Shown one piece after another: positions 37,941 through 51,802 of a stretch of DNA of 64,000 nucleotides. Under the pieces are notes generated by a model. It searched no databases. It was not told the origin of the DNA and worked only from the letters and a program-made list of their open reading frames with translations. Made by a program: the position numbers and the translations under genes. Numbering within the stretch: position 1 is the first letter of the stretch; each line of letters begins with the position of its first letter. The DNA comes from Podarcis gaigeae (taxonomy: Eukaryota). The stretch lies in NCBI GenBank assembly GCA_964106915.2, contig OZ066915.1, one strand, 5' to 3'.

Positions 37941-38499
37941 CAAGAATAAGGCTGTCTATAACAGCTCATGCAACTATAAACCAATTACCAGCTAAAGTAC
38001 TTTTTTATGATGAAGCAAAATGCACAACTAACACCTTGATGATTTTGCCTGGCTCAAGTCACTGGCTTCCCTCTAAGGCTGGGAAATACTGTCTGCACAT
38101 TTGGTATTGAAATTACGTTTGACATTTATGGGAGGAACCTGGGGGATTGTGAAGCAGCAGACTTTTCCCACATCAGTGCTGCGGCAGTCAAGAAACCAGG
38201 GAAAGGGGGGATTAGCATAGTGAAAAGGCACACTTAAGAAAAATTGTTAGAATTAAAAAAAGAGGAGAAAAGACACCAGAGGGATATCCCCCCCCCCCCG
38301 CAAGGTACGCTTGCACTCCCTTTACACTGTCTGCAATCCAATTTAGAATTAAACCGATCACTCTGCATCTGAAAACTGTTGGGGATTGAACTACATTTCA
38401 AACTGTGAAATGCATTTCCCCAGTTGCTTTTTATGCTCGAACACCAGGAAATGTTCACCTGCTAACCTGTCATAAGAACAAAAGAGGAATCCATCAGAG

Positions 38500-38872
38500 C
38501 AGCGGCGTAGCTAGCCACTCGGGTGCCTGGTTGCGGGGTCGCGTCCTGCAGCCGGGGGCGGGGAGATCCACCCGTGGGGGCGGGGCAAGCTGCCCATGGG
38601 GGCAGGATGATCCGCCCATGGGGGTGGGACAAGCCTCTCCACCGCCTCCCCCTCAGCTGTAGGGTGGCTGAGGGAGAGGCAATAGGCAGGCGCAAGTCCC
38701 ACGCTGCCGTTTTAGGCAGCGCGAAACCTGCAGGCGCATAAGCCACCACGTCACTCCTAAAAAGTTTCATGAGCCCCATTTTTTATTTTAAACTCATTTT
38801 GTCACACACACCCCTCAGTGATGACAACCCAGGGCGGGCCACACACTCCACACACCCCTTCCTCCGCCACTG
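38500..38872. mobile_element. GC-rich hAT-type MITE
   Basis: TIR CAGCGGCGTAG / CTCCGCCACTG; 8-bp TSD CATCAGAG/CATCAGAA. Confidence 0.7.
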
Positions 38873-41263
38873 CATCAGAAGGCAGAAATTTGGCCCCAAC
38901 AGCCAACAAACCCCCTCTTCTTAATGGGCCAGGCTTGATGCTGCACTGAAGAATCAAGAACACCCACAACCAAGTCTAAATATGAGCAGTTGCCCTTCCT
39001 TTTCTTCTCTCCCCAATTCATAGGGTTTTAAATTCCTTAGGGAAGGGATATGGCACTTTCTTCCTTTGTGCTTATAATATCCTGAGTGGCACACTGCAAA
39101 ACCAACACTATGCATGTTGGGAGACACACTCACAACCAGATGTTGCCTTCTTTTTCCAACAACAGAGACTTGGGCCAAGTTATAAGGGACAGTTATAATA
39201 GGATTTCAACTCAGAAGCACTTCATCATACTCTCTGGATGCTAGCACTTCACAAAATGGAAATATTGCCAGATTTACGTAAGTTATGTAAGAACAGATCT
39301 TCTGAACTGTGAAAGTAGATCACATGTACACGCAACACATGCTTGAAAGCAGTTTCAATTCAAGCAATGTGCCAACATGTTAAATGTATATATGGCAGAG
39401 GAGAAGGGAAAAGAAACATGTGCAATCTTTTCCCTAGAAGGTCATCTTTTTTATGCCTGGAAGGTTCACTATAATACTTCTGCCATGTTCCCCAGATATT
39501 TTTGTCAACCCATCCTGTCAGAATTATGACCAAGCAATAATTAAGAGAGGTTGAGTCAAGGGCACTGCCTAGTTATTAGAAGATCATCTTTCTAAGACTT
39601 AGGGATAAAGTCAAGCATTCTACGCTTTCCACTATCACTACACCCATCACTCTGTATCTTGGGGCTTATTTACGTTTTTATCATATGATGAAATTCAGGC
39701 CAGATAGAGAGGCTTCCTGCCCCCTAGACCATTTTCCTCCCAATTGTACTGCCTGGCTCTGAATTAACTGTAAGAGTAATGCCATAACTTCTTGTGTTTA
39801 AACTTTAAAATAGAAGTAATGATCCAACAATGCTTAAATGTCAATATCCACATTAGCAGGTAGTATCCATTATAATACGAGACGTCTGTATTAGATGGCC
39901 CCAAAAGTCTTCGCAAGGAAATAGCTGGAAAGTTCATGTAAAGTAGCAAATTAATAAAGTTCACTGTTAGTATTTTATTTGTCCTCGCACTTCTTGGCAG
40001 TCACGATTCATTTTGTGAAGAAGAAAGAAAGATTTCATCCCAATAGGCAAAAAAGCAAGGAACAGAAATGTCACTGAAGAAATAAAGAACACTGGTTCCC
40101 AGGCATGCATCTTTTTAAAAATAAAATAAAATACAAAAGCAGAAGGAGAGGGAAGAAAAGAAAAAAAAACCCTTTTCTCTAGCCAAGAAGAAAAACCAGA
40201 GGCCATAACAACAACAAAAGGCATTTTCTCCAAACCACTTCCATGATAATTGCTTACAAATTATATTATTATGTTATCACTACACATAAAAATGCAAACA
40301 AGTTCTTTTGAGGAGAAAGGAAATGTGTTCTCCGAATTCAAATGCAGTTTAGATTCAAGGTTACCATTCTTGTAAAAGAAATGTTCTATGATTCCAGTAA
40401 ACTCATGGGAGATTGCAGAACAAGGGCGTACTGCAGGCACTCAATTATCAGCCACCTTTTCCTCTTCCCTCCCCGAGCCTTTACCCTTGAGTGTTGTGTT
40501 TCGTTTTGTGGGGGGTTTTTTAGATCATGAGCTTGAGGTTAGGAACTGTCTTGTTTTGATTGTATGTAAGCAACTCTGGGAGCCTTTTGGGCTGAAGAGC
40601 AGGTTACAAATGCTTTAAACAAACAAAACAAATTATTTTACTTCTTGTTTGTCCACAGATAAGGCTGCACTGGAGGAACTGCTCTGTTCTGAGCTTAATT
40701 TGACCCTAAAGTGTTGGAAAACTTCTAGGAGTAAGGAAATCTGGCTAGTTATGAAAATATTACAAGCTAAATTATATGTACAGGTTTCATGTGAGGTGGA
40801 AATATAGGAGCAACAAGATAAAATATGTGAACAGCAATACTGTCTGACTTAGAAAATCAGAGGTGAGATCAAGACAATGCGAATACTGGGGATATCGACA
40901 GTATTTGCAAAAACTAATACAGTATTAGTTTGGTTTTTCCTGAAATGTATATTATACCATTCTCTCTTGCCACAAATGCCAAGAGCTACTAACAATCTGA
41001 AAAGACCTATTTGAATATCACACTAAAGCACCTGTGACAGGTGGGTTAGTACTGGAATTGCAGCAGGTATACCTTTGTCACAGTATTGCAGGGGATTTTA
41101 AAATGTATCTTTTTTTAAAAAAAAACTCAGACATATTTAACACATCAGACCAGCACTACCTCCATTGACCTGTTGTCATCAGCTGTTGAAGACTTTCATC
41201 TTTCAACAAGCTTTCCAAGTAGAGATTTTTATCTCATTCAGTGCCTGTGCTGGATCTGAAAAC

Positions 41264-41305
<42 letters not shown>

Positions 41306-41325
41306 TACAACAACAACAACAACAA

Positions 41326-41393
41326 CCTGGCGTGCTCTGGTCCATGGGGTCACGAAGAGTCAGACACAACTAAATGACTAAACAACAACAACA
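41326..41393 (+). mobile_element. BovB extreme 3' end within compound (TTA)n(CAA)n...(AAT)n microsatellite
   Basis: cctggcgtgctctggtccatggggtcacgaagagtcagacacaactaaatgactaaacaac is the reverse complement of the 3' end at 17320-17383. Confidence 0.8.
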
Positions 41394-41424
<31 letters not shown>

Positions 41425-41594
41425 TGTTTTCTATTTGTTTTATTGTACCATGAAATTGCTTTGAGATGTTTCATAGGAAGTAATTAATAAAGGAAATTAA
41501 GTAAATAAGTAATACCCACACTGACGCAGCTAATAAAAAGAAAAAAACCAGGACATCCTATTATGAAGAGGTTTAACTTAGCCACTGTCTGGTA

Positions 41595-41815
41595 CAGTGG
41601 TACCTTGGTTTGTATACATCTTGGTTTGCATACATTTCGGATTATAAACCCATCAAACCTGGAAGCATGTGTCCCAGATTGCAACCTTTTTTTGGATTAT
41701 GAACAAATTTTTTTTTGGAGGCCCCATTGGTGAAAGCGCGCCTTGGGTTACAAGCTGTTTTGGTTTACAAACGGATCTCTGGAACGGATTATGGTTCTAA
41801 ACCAAGGTACCGCTG
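41595..41815. mobile_element. Tc1/mariner MITE
   Basis: TA|CAGTGGTACCTTGGTTT...AAACCAAGGTACCGCTG|TA. Confidence 0.85.
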
Positions 41816-42112
41816 TATAAAGAAGATAAACTAGCAGCAATATGTGATGCAGATACTAAGACCCACGGAAGTAGTTTGGAGAAACACAGAAGAAGTAAGA
41901 AGGAACCCAGCTTCCGGCTAGTTTCACAATGGAAGAAAATTGTACTTGAAACCAATTCGCTGCATACATGCATACACACACGTATCAAAGGTGAGTGTGT
42001 GCATGCATGTATTCATTTTTACATATTGGTTGCATCCTTTGTAGTCAATATCTCAGAATTAGCTGTGGATGGTATATGACAGGATGCTTGCCTGAATGTA
42101 GAGCCGTTCTAC

Positions 42113-42236
42113 CTATCCGGATGGACAGCTCGTTGTCATGCTGTCGACGATGTGTGGGCTGCTGCTCATACTTCTCTTTCGCTGCTCTTGAATCGTAGCT
42201 CAAAGCCAGTGCTGTGTGAGGAGGCTCAGTGATACC
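42113..42236 (-). other. Candidate exon C (124 nt; 145 nt if the GC donor at 42092 is used)
   Basis: Acceptor tgtttgtttctctgtcttccAG|GGTATC; donor GGATAG|GTAGAA or CAG|GCAAGC. CpG-retaining unique sequence; one open frame GITEPPHTALALSYDSRAAKEKYEQQPTHRRQHDNELSIRI. Confidence 0.55.
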
Positions 42237-42282
42237 CTGGAAGACAGAGAAACAAACAAGTCATCATTTAATCATATAACAG

Positions 42283-42428
42283 CCTGGATAGCTCAGTTGG
42301 TTTCAGCATGGTGCTGATAACGCCAGTTTGCAGGTTTGATCCCCGTATGGGAATCTGTGTATTCCTTCACCGCAGGGTTTTGGATTACATGATCCTCAGA
42401 GTCTCTTCCAACTCTACGATTCTATGAT
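42283..42428 (+). mobile_element. tRNA-derived SINE with CR1-type tail
   Basis: A-box tagctcagttgg, B-box-like ggtttgatcc, tail ttccaactctacgattctatgat; lies about 45 nt from the exon C acceptor. Confidence 0.75.
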
Positions 42429-42505
42429 TTCTCATCCATCTGTATTGCTATTATTATTATTAACGTATTATGGACCAATTCTATGCAGTTTTGTATAGAA
42501 TAACA

Positions 42506-42740
42506 CAGTGGTACCTCAGGTTAAGTACTTAATTCATTCCGGAGGTCAGTTCTTAACCTGAAACTGTTCTTAACCTGAAGCACCACTTTAGCTAATGGGG
42601 CCTCCCCGCTGCTGCCGCTGCACAATTTCTGGTCTCATCCTGAAGCAAAGTTCTTAACCTGAGGTACTATTTCTGGGTTAGCGGAGTCTGTAACCTGAAG
42701 CGTATGTCACCTGAAGTGTATGTAACCCGAGGTACCACTG
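42506..42740. mobile_element. Tc1/mariner MITE
   Basis: TIRs and shared body. Confidence 0.9.
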
Positions 42741-42991
42741 TAATTTGACTATTCCAAGGTGGAACAGACCCCAATACAATGCTTATTAATTTATCTGTGT
42801 TACAAGTTTCAGCTGGTTGCTCTGCAGTGTGGATTAAAAAAAAAAACACACACCTTTGTTTAAGAGGCTGTCAGTATCCCCTTTGGATATGGACACATGC
42901 CTGGTTCACACATTATGGCAAACTACAGTTTAACACATCACAAGCTAACCACAAGTTGTTATACAGACGATCAAGCAAACCATGTGTTGTA

Positions 42992-43237
42992 CAGCCGAAC
43001 CTCTACTTCAATTGCCTCTTCTTACAGTCATTCCAAGTCACAACCGTGGCAAACCCGGAAGTAACCGGCACATTTGCCGCCATTCGCGCATGCACAGGAG
43101 TGGTAATCGTCATTCACACATGCACAGAAGCGGGCTATTGCTGCCTGCGCCTGCGCATGACACCTCTCCCAGCGACCTGTTTCAACCTCCGGACAGACCT
43201 CTGGAACAGATTATGGTCCCAAATAGAGGTTTCACTG
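42992..43237. mobile_element. Older related Tc1/mariner MITE
   Basis: cagccgaacctcta...tagaggtttcactg termini; shared gacctctggaacagattatgg motif. Confidence 0.55.
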
Positions 43238-43323
43238 GCTCTCCAAAGTTTGGATCATTTTCCAGATGCTGTTGCCTTGTGCCTTTGTAGTTAGCACCTG
43301 AGGTGGGGCGGCAAAACAAACTA

Positions 43324-43565
43324 CAGTGGTACCTCGGGATAAGTACTTAATTCGTTCCGGAGGTCCGTACTTAACCTGAAACTGTTCTTAACCTGAAGCA
43401 CCACTTTAGCTAATGGGGCCTCCTGCTGCTGCCGCGCCGCTGGAGCACGATTTCTGTTCTCATCCTGAAGCAAAGTTCTTCTTTTGAAGCACTATTTCTG
43501 GGTTAGCAGAATCTGTAACCTGAAGTGTATGTAACCTGAAGCGTATGTAACCCGAGGTACCACTG
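43324..43565. mobile_element. Tc1/mariner MITE
   Basis: TA TSD and TIRs. Confidence 0.9.
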
Positions 43566-45582
43566 TATGGCTAAGTGTGCTGGGTTTGCATGTAATGTCA
43601 AGCCATAGTTGTTGTTGTTTATAAAAAAAAGGTTGTAAGCTGATAAACCAAATAAGCTCACCATTTTATTCAGCCCATTTATGTGACGTTTGTATGTTTT
43701 AAAACATATATTTTAAAACATTTTATAAGCAAAAAAAAAAAAAGATTTCAGATTAGGCTTGTTTACTAGTTTAAGAAACCAGTGGACCAAGTTTCTCAAT
43801 GGCATCAGACTGGGGCAAAAGATTAGTCACTGTTCTCTCTGGAAAAAACCAGGAGTGAAAACCACAAATTGACATTCGTCTCCATATCTTTACTGCTCTC
43901 TTTTTTTAAAAAGAAATGTTTGCAATAATCACAACATTATGAATTTTGTCAAACACTTCTGATAAACACTCAGTAAAGGGAAAATAAATACGAAATATAA
44001 AAGGTCAAGAAATCATAACATCAGCTATATAACTGGTGGCATCTGTGCTGTCTCTAGAGTCCCATCATCTAATAAATGTTCATCATCTGACCTGGCATTT
44101 ATCCAACTTGGAGACGTTCCCATACCCTTCCATTAGCCAATTTCACCACTTCTGCAACAGCCAAATCACTTAAATACTGATTATATCTAAGCCTTGTTAC
44201 TCTTCCAGTACTAAGTTATGTCAAATTTGGCTGATATCAATAGTAAATATACAGTCAACTCCTGCTGCTCCCTCAGGACAGAATCTTTGAGATAATCCAA
44301 CAAAAGAACTAGTAAGCCGTAGCAAAGTACAAACTAAGCTGCCCTTTAACACTAAATATGTGCCTCATGCTCAGCATTTAGTGGGAAAGTAAGTCTTTCT
44401 GGCAGGATGATATAAATGTAGCATCTCTGAGACAATGGATCATCCTTGGGGTTGCCACTCCTAGATCCAGACGGGGCAAAATAACCTGTCTCCCTGCCCA
44501 TCCCCTTTGGGTAGACCAGCAGGACAGCTATCTATTACTCACATGGAAGCATAGGCTAAAGGCAAAATAGTAATTTAAGACAGCTCATCCTCACACAACT
44601 GTGCACACCATGTCCACTGGAGAGAAAAAGAACGAAGCAAATATACGCTGAACTATTAGAAACAGAGATGCTTGCTAAGGTCACTTTGGGTTGGTTTGTT
44701 TGTTTGTGTTGGGTTTTTAAAAAAAACACAACCTAAAAGGTTAGCGATGAAGAGCAACTTTCCACTCTCTTCATCTGCATAATGTACTCTGACTGATGGT
44801 ATTCATGCTAATCACATATTTGCCATCCCTTTTTAAACACTGTCTAATCAGGATGATGTCTCTGCTTCTATTAAGCCAGCAATTAGAAAACTGAACTGGA
44901 GAGAGCAGATCTCGAATCTGCTCTCTTTTTATTTTTAGCCAAGAATACCCTGTCCTTGCATTCTTCGTCACCAAAAACATCCTTGTCTGACACCAAATAG
45001 ACCTTCAGCAGCACCTGTATAATCTCAATCCCCTACCCCATAAAGCAGGGAACCTATCCCAAATGCACAGATTTACAGGTAAGAAGCAGCCACAGGAAGA
45101 CGGGGTAAGTGGGGCCAAGTCCATGGCAACATCCATGTGGCCTGAAACAAACAAAACAAAACAAAAACCACCTTGCAGTGCATCCCCAAACTCTAAGAGC
45201 GTGTCGTGTCCTGTTCTCCAGGCAGCTGAGGATGGAAGACTTCTAGTGCAATTCAGGTCTCCCAGGTGGGAAGAGGAGTTTCACGAAGAGGAGAAACATC
45301 CCAGTTTCATGGTCCCCTCTGATTCAGGACTCAGAAGCCCTTGAAGATGAAGAGTCATAAAGGGAGGTGGGGGGTGAGATTATACTGCAAAGCTTGATTG
45401 ATGGGGCACCCCCTACCTCCAGGGGTACTCACACCTGAAGAGGCAGGTAGCTCCCAGCCTGTGGACAATGAGGTGGACTCATTGGTCATGCTGCTGCTTT
45501 TCTGATCTCTCTTTCTCTCTCTCTTTCTCAGGTATTTTTGCATCCAACTCTTGCAAAAATGAAGAATACACTTACAATATAC

Positions 45583-45729
45583 TGTATTTTTCCGTGTATA
45601 AGATGTCCCCTATTTTGGGGGACTCAGATTTTAGAAAATGGGGGAGATTACTATCCATGTATAAGACAACCCCCATTTTTAAACATTAATTTAGAGTATT
45701 AAAAAAAAAACCTAGTCTTAAAAGTACGG
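45583..45729. mobile_element. Tc2/pogo-like MITE remnant
   Basis: TA|ctgtattttt...aaagtacgg|TA with repeated gtataaga. Confidence 0.5.
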
Positions 45730-47017
45730 TACATGCACACTTTTAACATTACATTCAAAGTAAGGTGACACTTAAATCTTCCCCTCTGTGCCACCTACAC
45801 AGAGGTCCAGGCTTTTGGGGCTGAACCCCAATCTGATTAGTACAGAAATAGAAGTAATAAAGAGTTGCAAACCTATTTCCAGTTGCTTACTGGCAACAGG
45901 GAGAAATCCTGACCTGACTGAGAAAGAAGCACAAGGAACTTCGGCAAATATGAAAGACTCCAGCATGGCATTCCATTTAAACCAGCTGCGATAGCTCTGA
46001 ATCATTCAGACGCCGCTCCCTATGTAGAGCCTAAAATTAGGATGTGTCGGTGGGTTAAAACAGGCATTACAAAAGGGGAGAATAAAGTTACTCACATTAA
46101 ATTGGCTTATCTGGCTAATTAGAGTTAGCAGAAATAACCACGGGGAGTTGGTACATTTGCGAATGCTTGGAAAACAATAGTCTTTGAGAGAAAATATCTC
46201 CGCAGCTGGGTGCAGATGCTTTATATGGCACAAGATGGTCCCAGCAAGCTTGTTTCATGTTGTGTCACCACCAGGGTGCATATACAATCCCTCCTGCCCT
46301 CATAAAATGGCCGTGCTGATGCTAACAGATGCTGCTTGCATTTTTAGTGTTATTACTGCAGCAAAGCTTGCTAATAATAGGAGCACACCATTATACAGGG
46401 CTAGAAAGAAAAACAATATTTCCTCAATAAAAAATATATTCAGTCGTCACATTTTAAGCAGTTTCATTCGCCATGTTTACACTGATCCATATTTTTCAAC
46501 TCTGACACAGATCACAAAAGGGAAAAAGCGTGGAACAAGTTCCAACAGGTTTCTTTTTGACGAAAATCTAATATAGCTGGACAGGCTATGCAATTGCTGA
46601 CCTCTTGTACCCCTGCCAGGAAAGTCACCTCCAAATTTAAACCTCAAACTGGATAGGTTTGGCCAATAGATCTGGCTGTTAGAATATAAAGCTTTAAATG
46701 ACTTGGGCCCCAAGTACCTGAGGGAAGACCTCCCCTGTTACCAACCAACTTGTGCTTTAGTATCCGCAGCAGAGATTCTGCTCTCCTGCAGACCTTTAAC
46801 ATATGCTAGGAGGGTGGAGTCACTAGAAAGTAGTAGCTTGTCTGTAGAACTCCCTTCCAAGTGACAGATGTTGAAAAGGCTTAAGGTTTTTTTTACTTGT
46901 CCAGGTTTTTCGGATCATGAGGAAAACATTACTCAGTTGAACTGATGGCTCCTATTCTTACTGTACTTTTACCATGGTTGTGTTAGTCGGCTTTAATTAG
47001 TATAGCTACTTTTATCT

Positions 47018-47359
47018 GGGACACAGGTGGCGCTGTGGGTTACACCACAGAGCCTAGGACTTGCCAATCAGAAGGTTGACGGTTCAAATCCCTGCAACGG
47101 AATGAGCTACCATTGTTCAGTCCCTGCGCCTGCCAACCTAGCAGTTCGAAAGCATGTCAAAGTGCAAGTAGATAAATAGGTACCGCTCCAGCGGGAAGGT
47201 AAACGTGTTTCTGTGTGCTGCTCTGATTCGCCAGAAGCGGCTTAGCCATGCTGGCCACATGACCCGGAAGTTGTACACCGGCTACCTCAGCCAATAAAGC
47301 GACCCCAGAGTCGGTCATGTCTGGACCTAATGGTCAGGGGTCCCTTTATCTTTACCTTT
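47018..47359 (+). mobile_element. Sauria SINE
   Basis: 11-bp TSD TACTTTTATCT (47007-47017 and 47360-47370). Confidence 0.92.
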
Positions 47360-47592
47360 TACTTTTATCTACTTTTCTTATTAGACACTCTGGGCTCCAA
47401 AATTAGAAGGATGGATACCCTTTACCAAGATACTGCTAGAACCCAAAGAGCATGGCCATACCTCAAAAGCAAAGCTATGCCTCAAAGGATTTGAACAGAC
47501 CACCAGAAGCCATTTTCTAAATATGCATTTTCTGCTACTATATGGCAAATGGGTGGGCAGGAGTGGCGAGGCAGAGTAGAAAAGTGTGTACA

Positions 47593-47935
47593 CCAATGGC
47601 GGATCTACATTTTTGGGGCCCTGAAGTCTGAATTGTTATGGGGGCCCCTTCGCAATCAGCAACGAGGTCTGGGTAACCACTGTTACCTTCTTCAGTGGAG
47701 TTGTTCCATGGCAGATCACCACACCTTTTCAACTTCTGTGCTACTGACTCTCAAACTTTGAGATTGTTGCACTATAAACAACAACAACAAAATCAACTTG
47801 AGTTGTGTGACTCAGATTGGGTCTACTAGGCCCAAACTTTTTAAACAAAGTGGACTGAAGTCGCTCCTGGGGCCCCTCCAGGATCAGGGACGCTGAAGAT
47901 AAAGCTTCATTTGTTTCATAGGAGAACCACCCCTG
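47593..47935. mobile_element. Degenerate hAT-like MITE
   Basis: caatggcgga...ccacccctg termini with ggggcccc subterminal motifs. Confidence 0.45.
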
Positions 47936-48089
47936 ATTTGCACGCTTACTGGTCACCATTCTGAAGTGGTCCCTAAGGGATCAGGAGGGTCCCGTTCACA
48001 CAACATGGCTTCCAAATGAGTAACGGCAGTCAGCAAATTGTACTGGTGCAATATTCACACATGACGGTTGTATAAACCATCTTACTTAC

Positions 48090-48209
48090 CTGGAGGAATG
48101 TGCACATGACAATTACACACAACCTTCACTTTCCAGGATTTTTCTCAGGTGCCAATGGTTTACTTGAATATGTGGAATTAATGGGAACAACTAGGGTTTT
48201 TGGAAATGC
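48090..48209 (-). other. Candidate exon (120 nt) or alternative first exon
   Basis: Perfect donor CCAG|GTAAGT at 48090/48089; moderate acceptor cattgtactccAG|GCATT at 48210/48209. Confidence 0.4.
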
Positions 48210-50068
48210 CTGGAGTACAATGTTTGCAGAGGGGGCAGGCATTCAATCACTCCAACTCTGTGTGGGCAGCGAGATGGTTTATGACGGTCTCCGCAACAGC
48301 TCCTTGTGTGTTTGCTGGCGCTATTTAAAAATGCTGCATCTCCTGCCCAAAGCAGCCATGCTCATACCAGCAGATTTTACTTTTATTAGCAATAATATAT
48401 CTTTCCAAAACAGAATCATAAATCCAATCTACAATTATTCAGCATCGAAGAAACAAAATTGCGGGCATATTTCCCAGTAAATAATTTATTTTAAAGATAT
48501 GCGTACACTTGGTTGGATGCATTCAGCTTGGGTACATTTACCCACCAACTGCCACCGAGATTTTGTTAAAACAGAAGGGTCATAACAATTAAAACAGGGT
48601 TGCCTGTTCACATGTCAAAAAGAATAATTGGGAAGAGCAGGATGGCACCAGCATCCTCACTTAGTAACAAATTCAGACCAAAGCACAGGGGTTTTTTTGG
48701 TTTTCATAACATAAAAGGCTGAGTGGGGAAATAAACTTTGCCTTCATTTTAACTTTGCCATTTCACTTATCCCTCCTTTGCTTCTGTAGTGTGGGAATGA
48801 GGCCCTTGTTATGCCAAGTGTACACCCTTTGCACAAACCTTTATGCTCCCCCTTCCCACACATGAACACAGATTCTGAATTCGGCCCTAGAGATCATCCT
48901 TATGAGAATCAAAGTCCAAGCCTCTAAGACATATTTCAAATGAGATTCTGTCTCCACAATTTCAGCCAGCAAAATAATATTCCACAGACCATCTAGATGC
49001 AAAGGTTTCTAAACCGAATGTTTTCTCATCTTCCCTCTAGTCGTCCAAAAGACTTCTAGTTCTTTGAAAGACTTCCCATAAGACTAAAATCAGTGTCTAA
49101 GATGTGCTGCTAAAACAAAATGTAAGTGTATAGCTCCCTTGTTGCCTCTTGCCATCCGCTTTGCAGCCCCAAATCATGCTTAATAAGTTTGAAAGTAATT
49201 CAGGTGAGAGGCAAGTTGTCAATTCTCTAGACGAGCATAGCAGAAAGGAGCATATTCCCATTTCACATGTCTGGTAGTTTCTAGTATCAATAATATATAG
49301 CACTTATATCATCCCAATAGAGTGCTAGAGGCATTATTTGGAATGCAGAAACGACACAGCCCCCTTTCCAAGTTGAGTAACAATATCCATTAGACAAGAC
49401 GTCGCAGAGAAGGAAAGAGAGATCAGAGATTTACAAGGGGAAGGGAATGGCTTACAGGAGCTTTAAGAAGCCTTGAAAGGCCAGGGCTGGTGAAGTCATC
49501 TTCTCCCAAGTTTGGTTTTTCTGATTCCCTTCCCCCTGCAAAATAAAGACCTGCAGAGATTTTAGAATACTGTAGCCCAGTTTAAGACCATTACTTTTGC
49601 ACTGCTTTTACACAATATAATCAGTGACTATTTGTGTTCCTCTTCTCGACCACTGCCACCCACACTTCTCATGCATGAGGACGTTCTTCCTAGGTAAGAC
49701 AAGAAGGGTGAGGGTTGGGTGGGAAAAGAGGCTGCCTCCTCATGTTGAGATCCTACTACGTCATGTAACACTACCAATACATACATCTGGAAGACGTGGT
49801 GATGCATGGAAGATCACTTTTATTCAATGGTATCATTGCTGTCCCAATTTCTTTACTTCAAAAGAGTGCGGCTCTCTTCCTTGGTTGATGTATTTTTTTG
49901 ATGGTATCTCAGTGAGTTTTATGTGGAAAACAATAACACTTGTTTCCACAGATCAGCAGCTACATGGACAAGATGGTGACTCCAGAAGAGAAATTTGAAC
50001 TGGCATGTTCAGTTGTGCCGTCAATCTACTTTAAAGAATTATAATTATCCCTTGAACAGTGTTTCTTT

Positions 50069-50716
50069 TCATAGCATCAGTGAATTGGCGTGTTGGAAGG
50101 GCCCTGCAATGCAGGAATCTCAACTAAGGCATCCATGGCAGATGGACATCCAACCTCCAAGTAAAGAGAGTCCACCACCGCCCTAGAGAGTCTGATCCAC
50201 TGTCTAACAGTTCTTACATGAGAAAGTTCTTCCTGGTGTTTTATCAGAATATCCTTCCCTGCAATTTCAAGCCATTGGTTTGGGTCCTACCCTCCAGAAC
50301 AGAAGAAAACAAGCTTGCTCCATCTTCCATGTGGCAATCCTTTAGATATTTGAAGATGGCTATCATGTCTCCTCTCCTCTTTTTCAGGCTAAACATACCC
50401 AACTCCCTCAGCCACTCCTCATAAGGCTTGGTTTCCAGACCCTTTGTCATCTTAGTTGCCCTCTTCTGCACATGTTCCAGTTTGTCAATATCCTTCTTAA
50501 ATTGTGGCGCCCAGAACTGAACACAATATCCCAGGAGCTGTCTGATCAAGGCAGAATAGTGTGGTACCATTACTTCCCTTGATCTGGATAGTATACTTCC
50601 ATTGATGCAGCCTAGAATAGCATTAGCTTTTTTATTGTGGCTGCATCTCACTGTTGACTCATGTTAAGCTGGTGATCTACTAAGACCCCTAGATCCCTTT
50701 CACATGTAATACTGGC
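50069..50716 (-). mobile_element. CR1 LINE 3' fragment (older)
   Basis: ORF 50244-50651: KKANAILGCI...YCVQFWAPQFKKDIDKLEHVQKRATKM. Confidence 0.9.
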
Positions 50717-51576
50717 TCTCTTTTTTTTAAGAGAGAAACACAAGTGTGCTACTAAACCAAAAGTCTAAAATGGCTAGATTGGTTGGTTATTCCAAATACT
50801 GCTGAAGTAAGTCAAAGTTATGAGACAGAATAGATGGAAATATTCGACAAAAGTTATTTCAATCTGTCTCAAGCATACTTCTCTTCTCTTTACTGGCTGC
50901 AAAAGCACCAGCTGAAATAGTCCCCTAGTCAAAAGAGATTATGCTTCCCAGACTTTCTGGGTAATAAAATGCCATCATCGATCTCCGCTGATGCATCTCT
51001 GGAGTGGAAATCTTGCAGATCTCCGAGTTATATCCGAGTTTTCTCAACCATGACAGCATCCAAATATGTGGGCTTCCAACAACAAAATAGAGGCAACTGA
51101 AATAATTTATCCCAAAGGTTTTCAACACCTAAGCACAAAATCCGATTGTAAGAATAACCTCAGATAATCAAGGCTTTTTTCTTTTCTTTTTTAGAGACAA
51201 AAAAGAAAAGAAAGGTAACTTATTTTGTTTATGGCATTGGGCACAGTCCAATGATTAAGAACTGTATCTCACCCACATACTTTAATTGTATTTTATTTAC
51301 TAGATTTGTATGACTTCCCCACAACATGCATTCCTTGGGCAGCTCACAGAAACAAATATGAAAATAGACAAAAAAAAAGTGAAGCATAAAAAGATGTTCC
51401 TTTCCTGCAAATGGGGTAGGTAAAGCAAACAGTAAATCACAATTCAAGCACAAGTTATTTGTTGAATAAAAGGGCCCTCACCTGGTTCTGAAAAAAACAC
51501 AAAGGCACCACCAGGTGAGCCTGTCGGGGAGGCTATTCCATAGTGGGGTGCCACCACACCGAAGGCCTTCTCATTA

Positions 51577-51802
51577 CAGTGGTACCTCGGATTAAGAACT
51601 TAATTCATTCTGGAGGTCCGTTCTTAACCTGAAACTGTTCTTAACCTGAAGCACCACTTTAGCTAATGGGGCCTCCCTCTGCCACCACACCACCAGAGCA
51701 CGATTTCTGTTCTCATCCTGAAGCAAAGTTCTTAACCTGAGGTACTATTTCTGGGTTAGAGGAGTCTGTAACCTGAAGCGTCTATAACCCGAGGTACCAC
51801 TG
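51577..51802. mobile_element. Tc1/mariner MITE nested in a degenerate L2 (about 51470-51980)
   Basis: TA TSD and TIRs; flanks resemble L2 (ctattccatagtggggtgccaccac...gaaggcc). Confidence 0.85.

Noticed and set aside
42283-42352. tRNA gene
   Set aside because: Degenerate tRNA-like head followed by a CR1-type tail and present in several copies, so it is a SINE.
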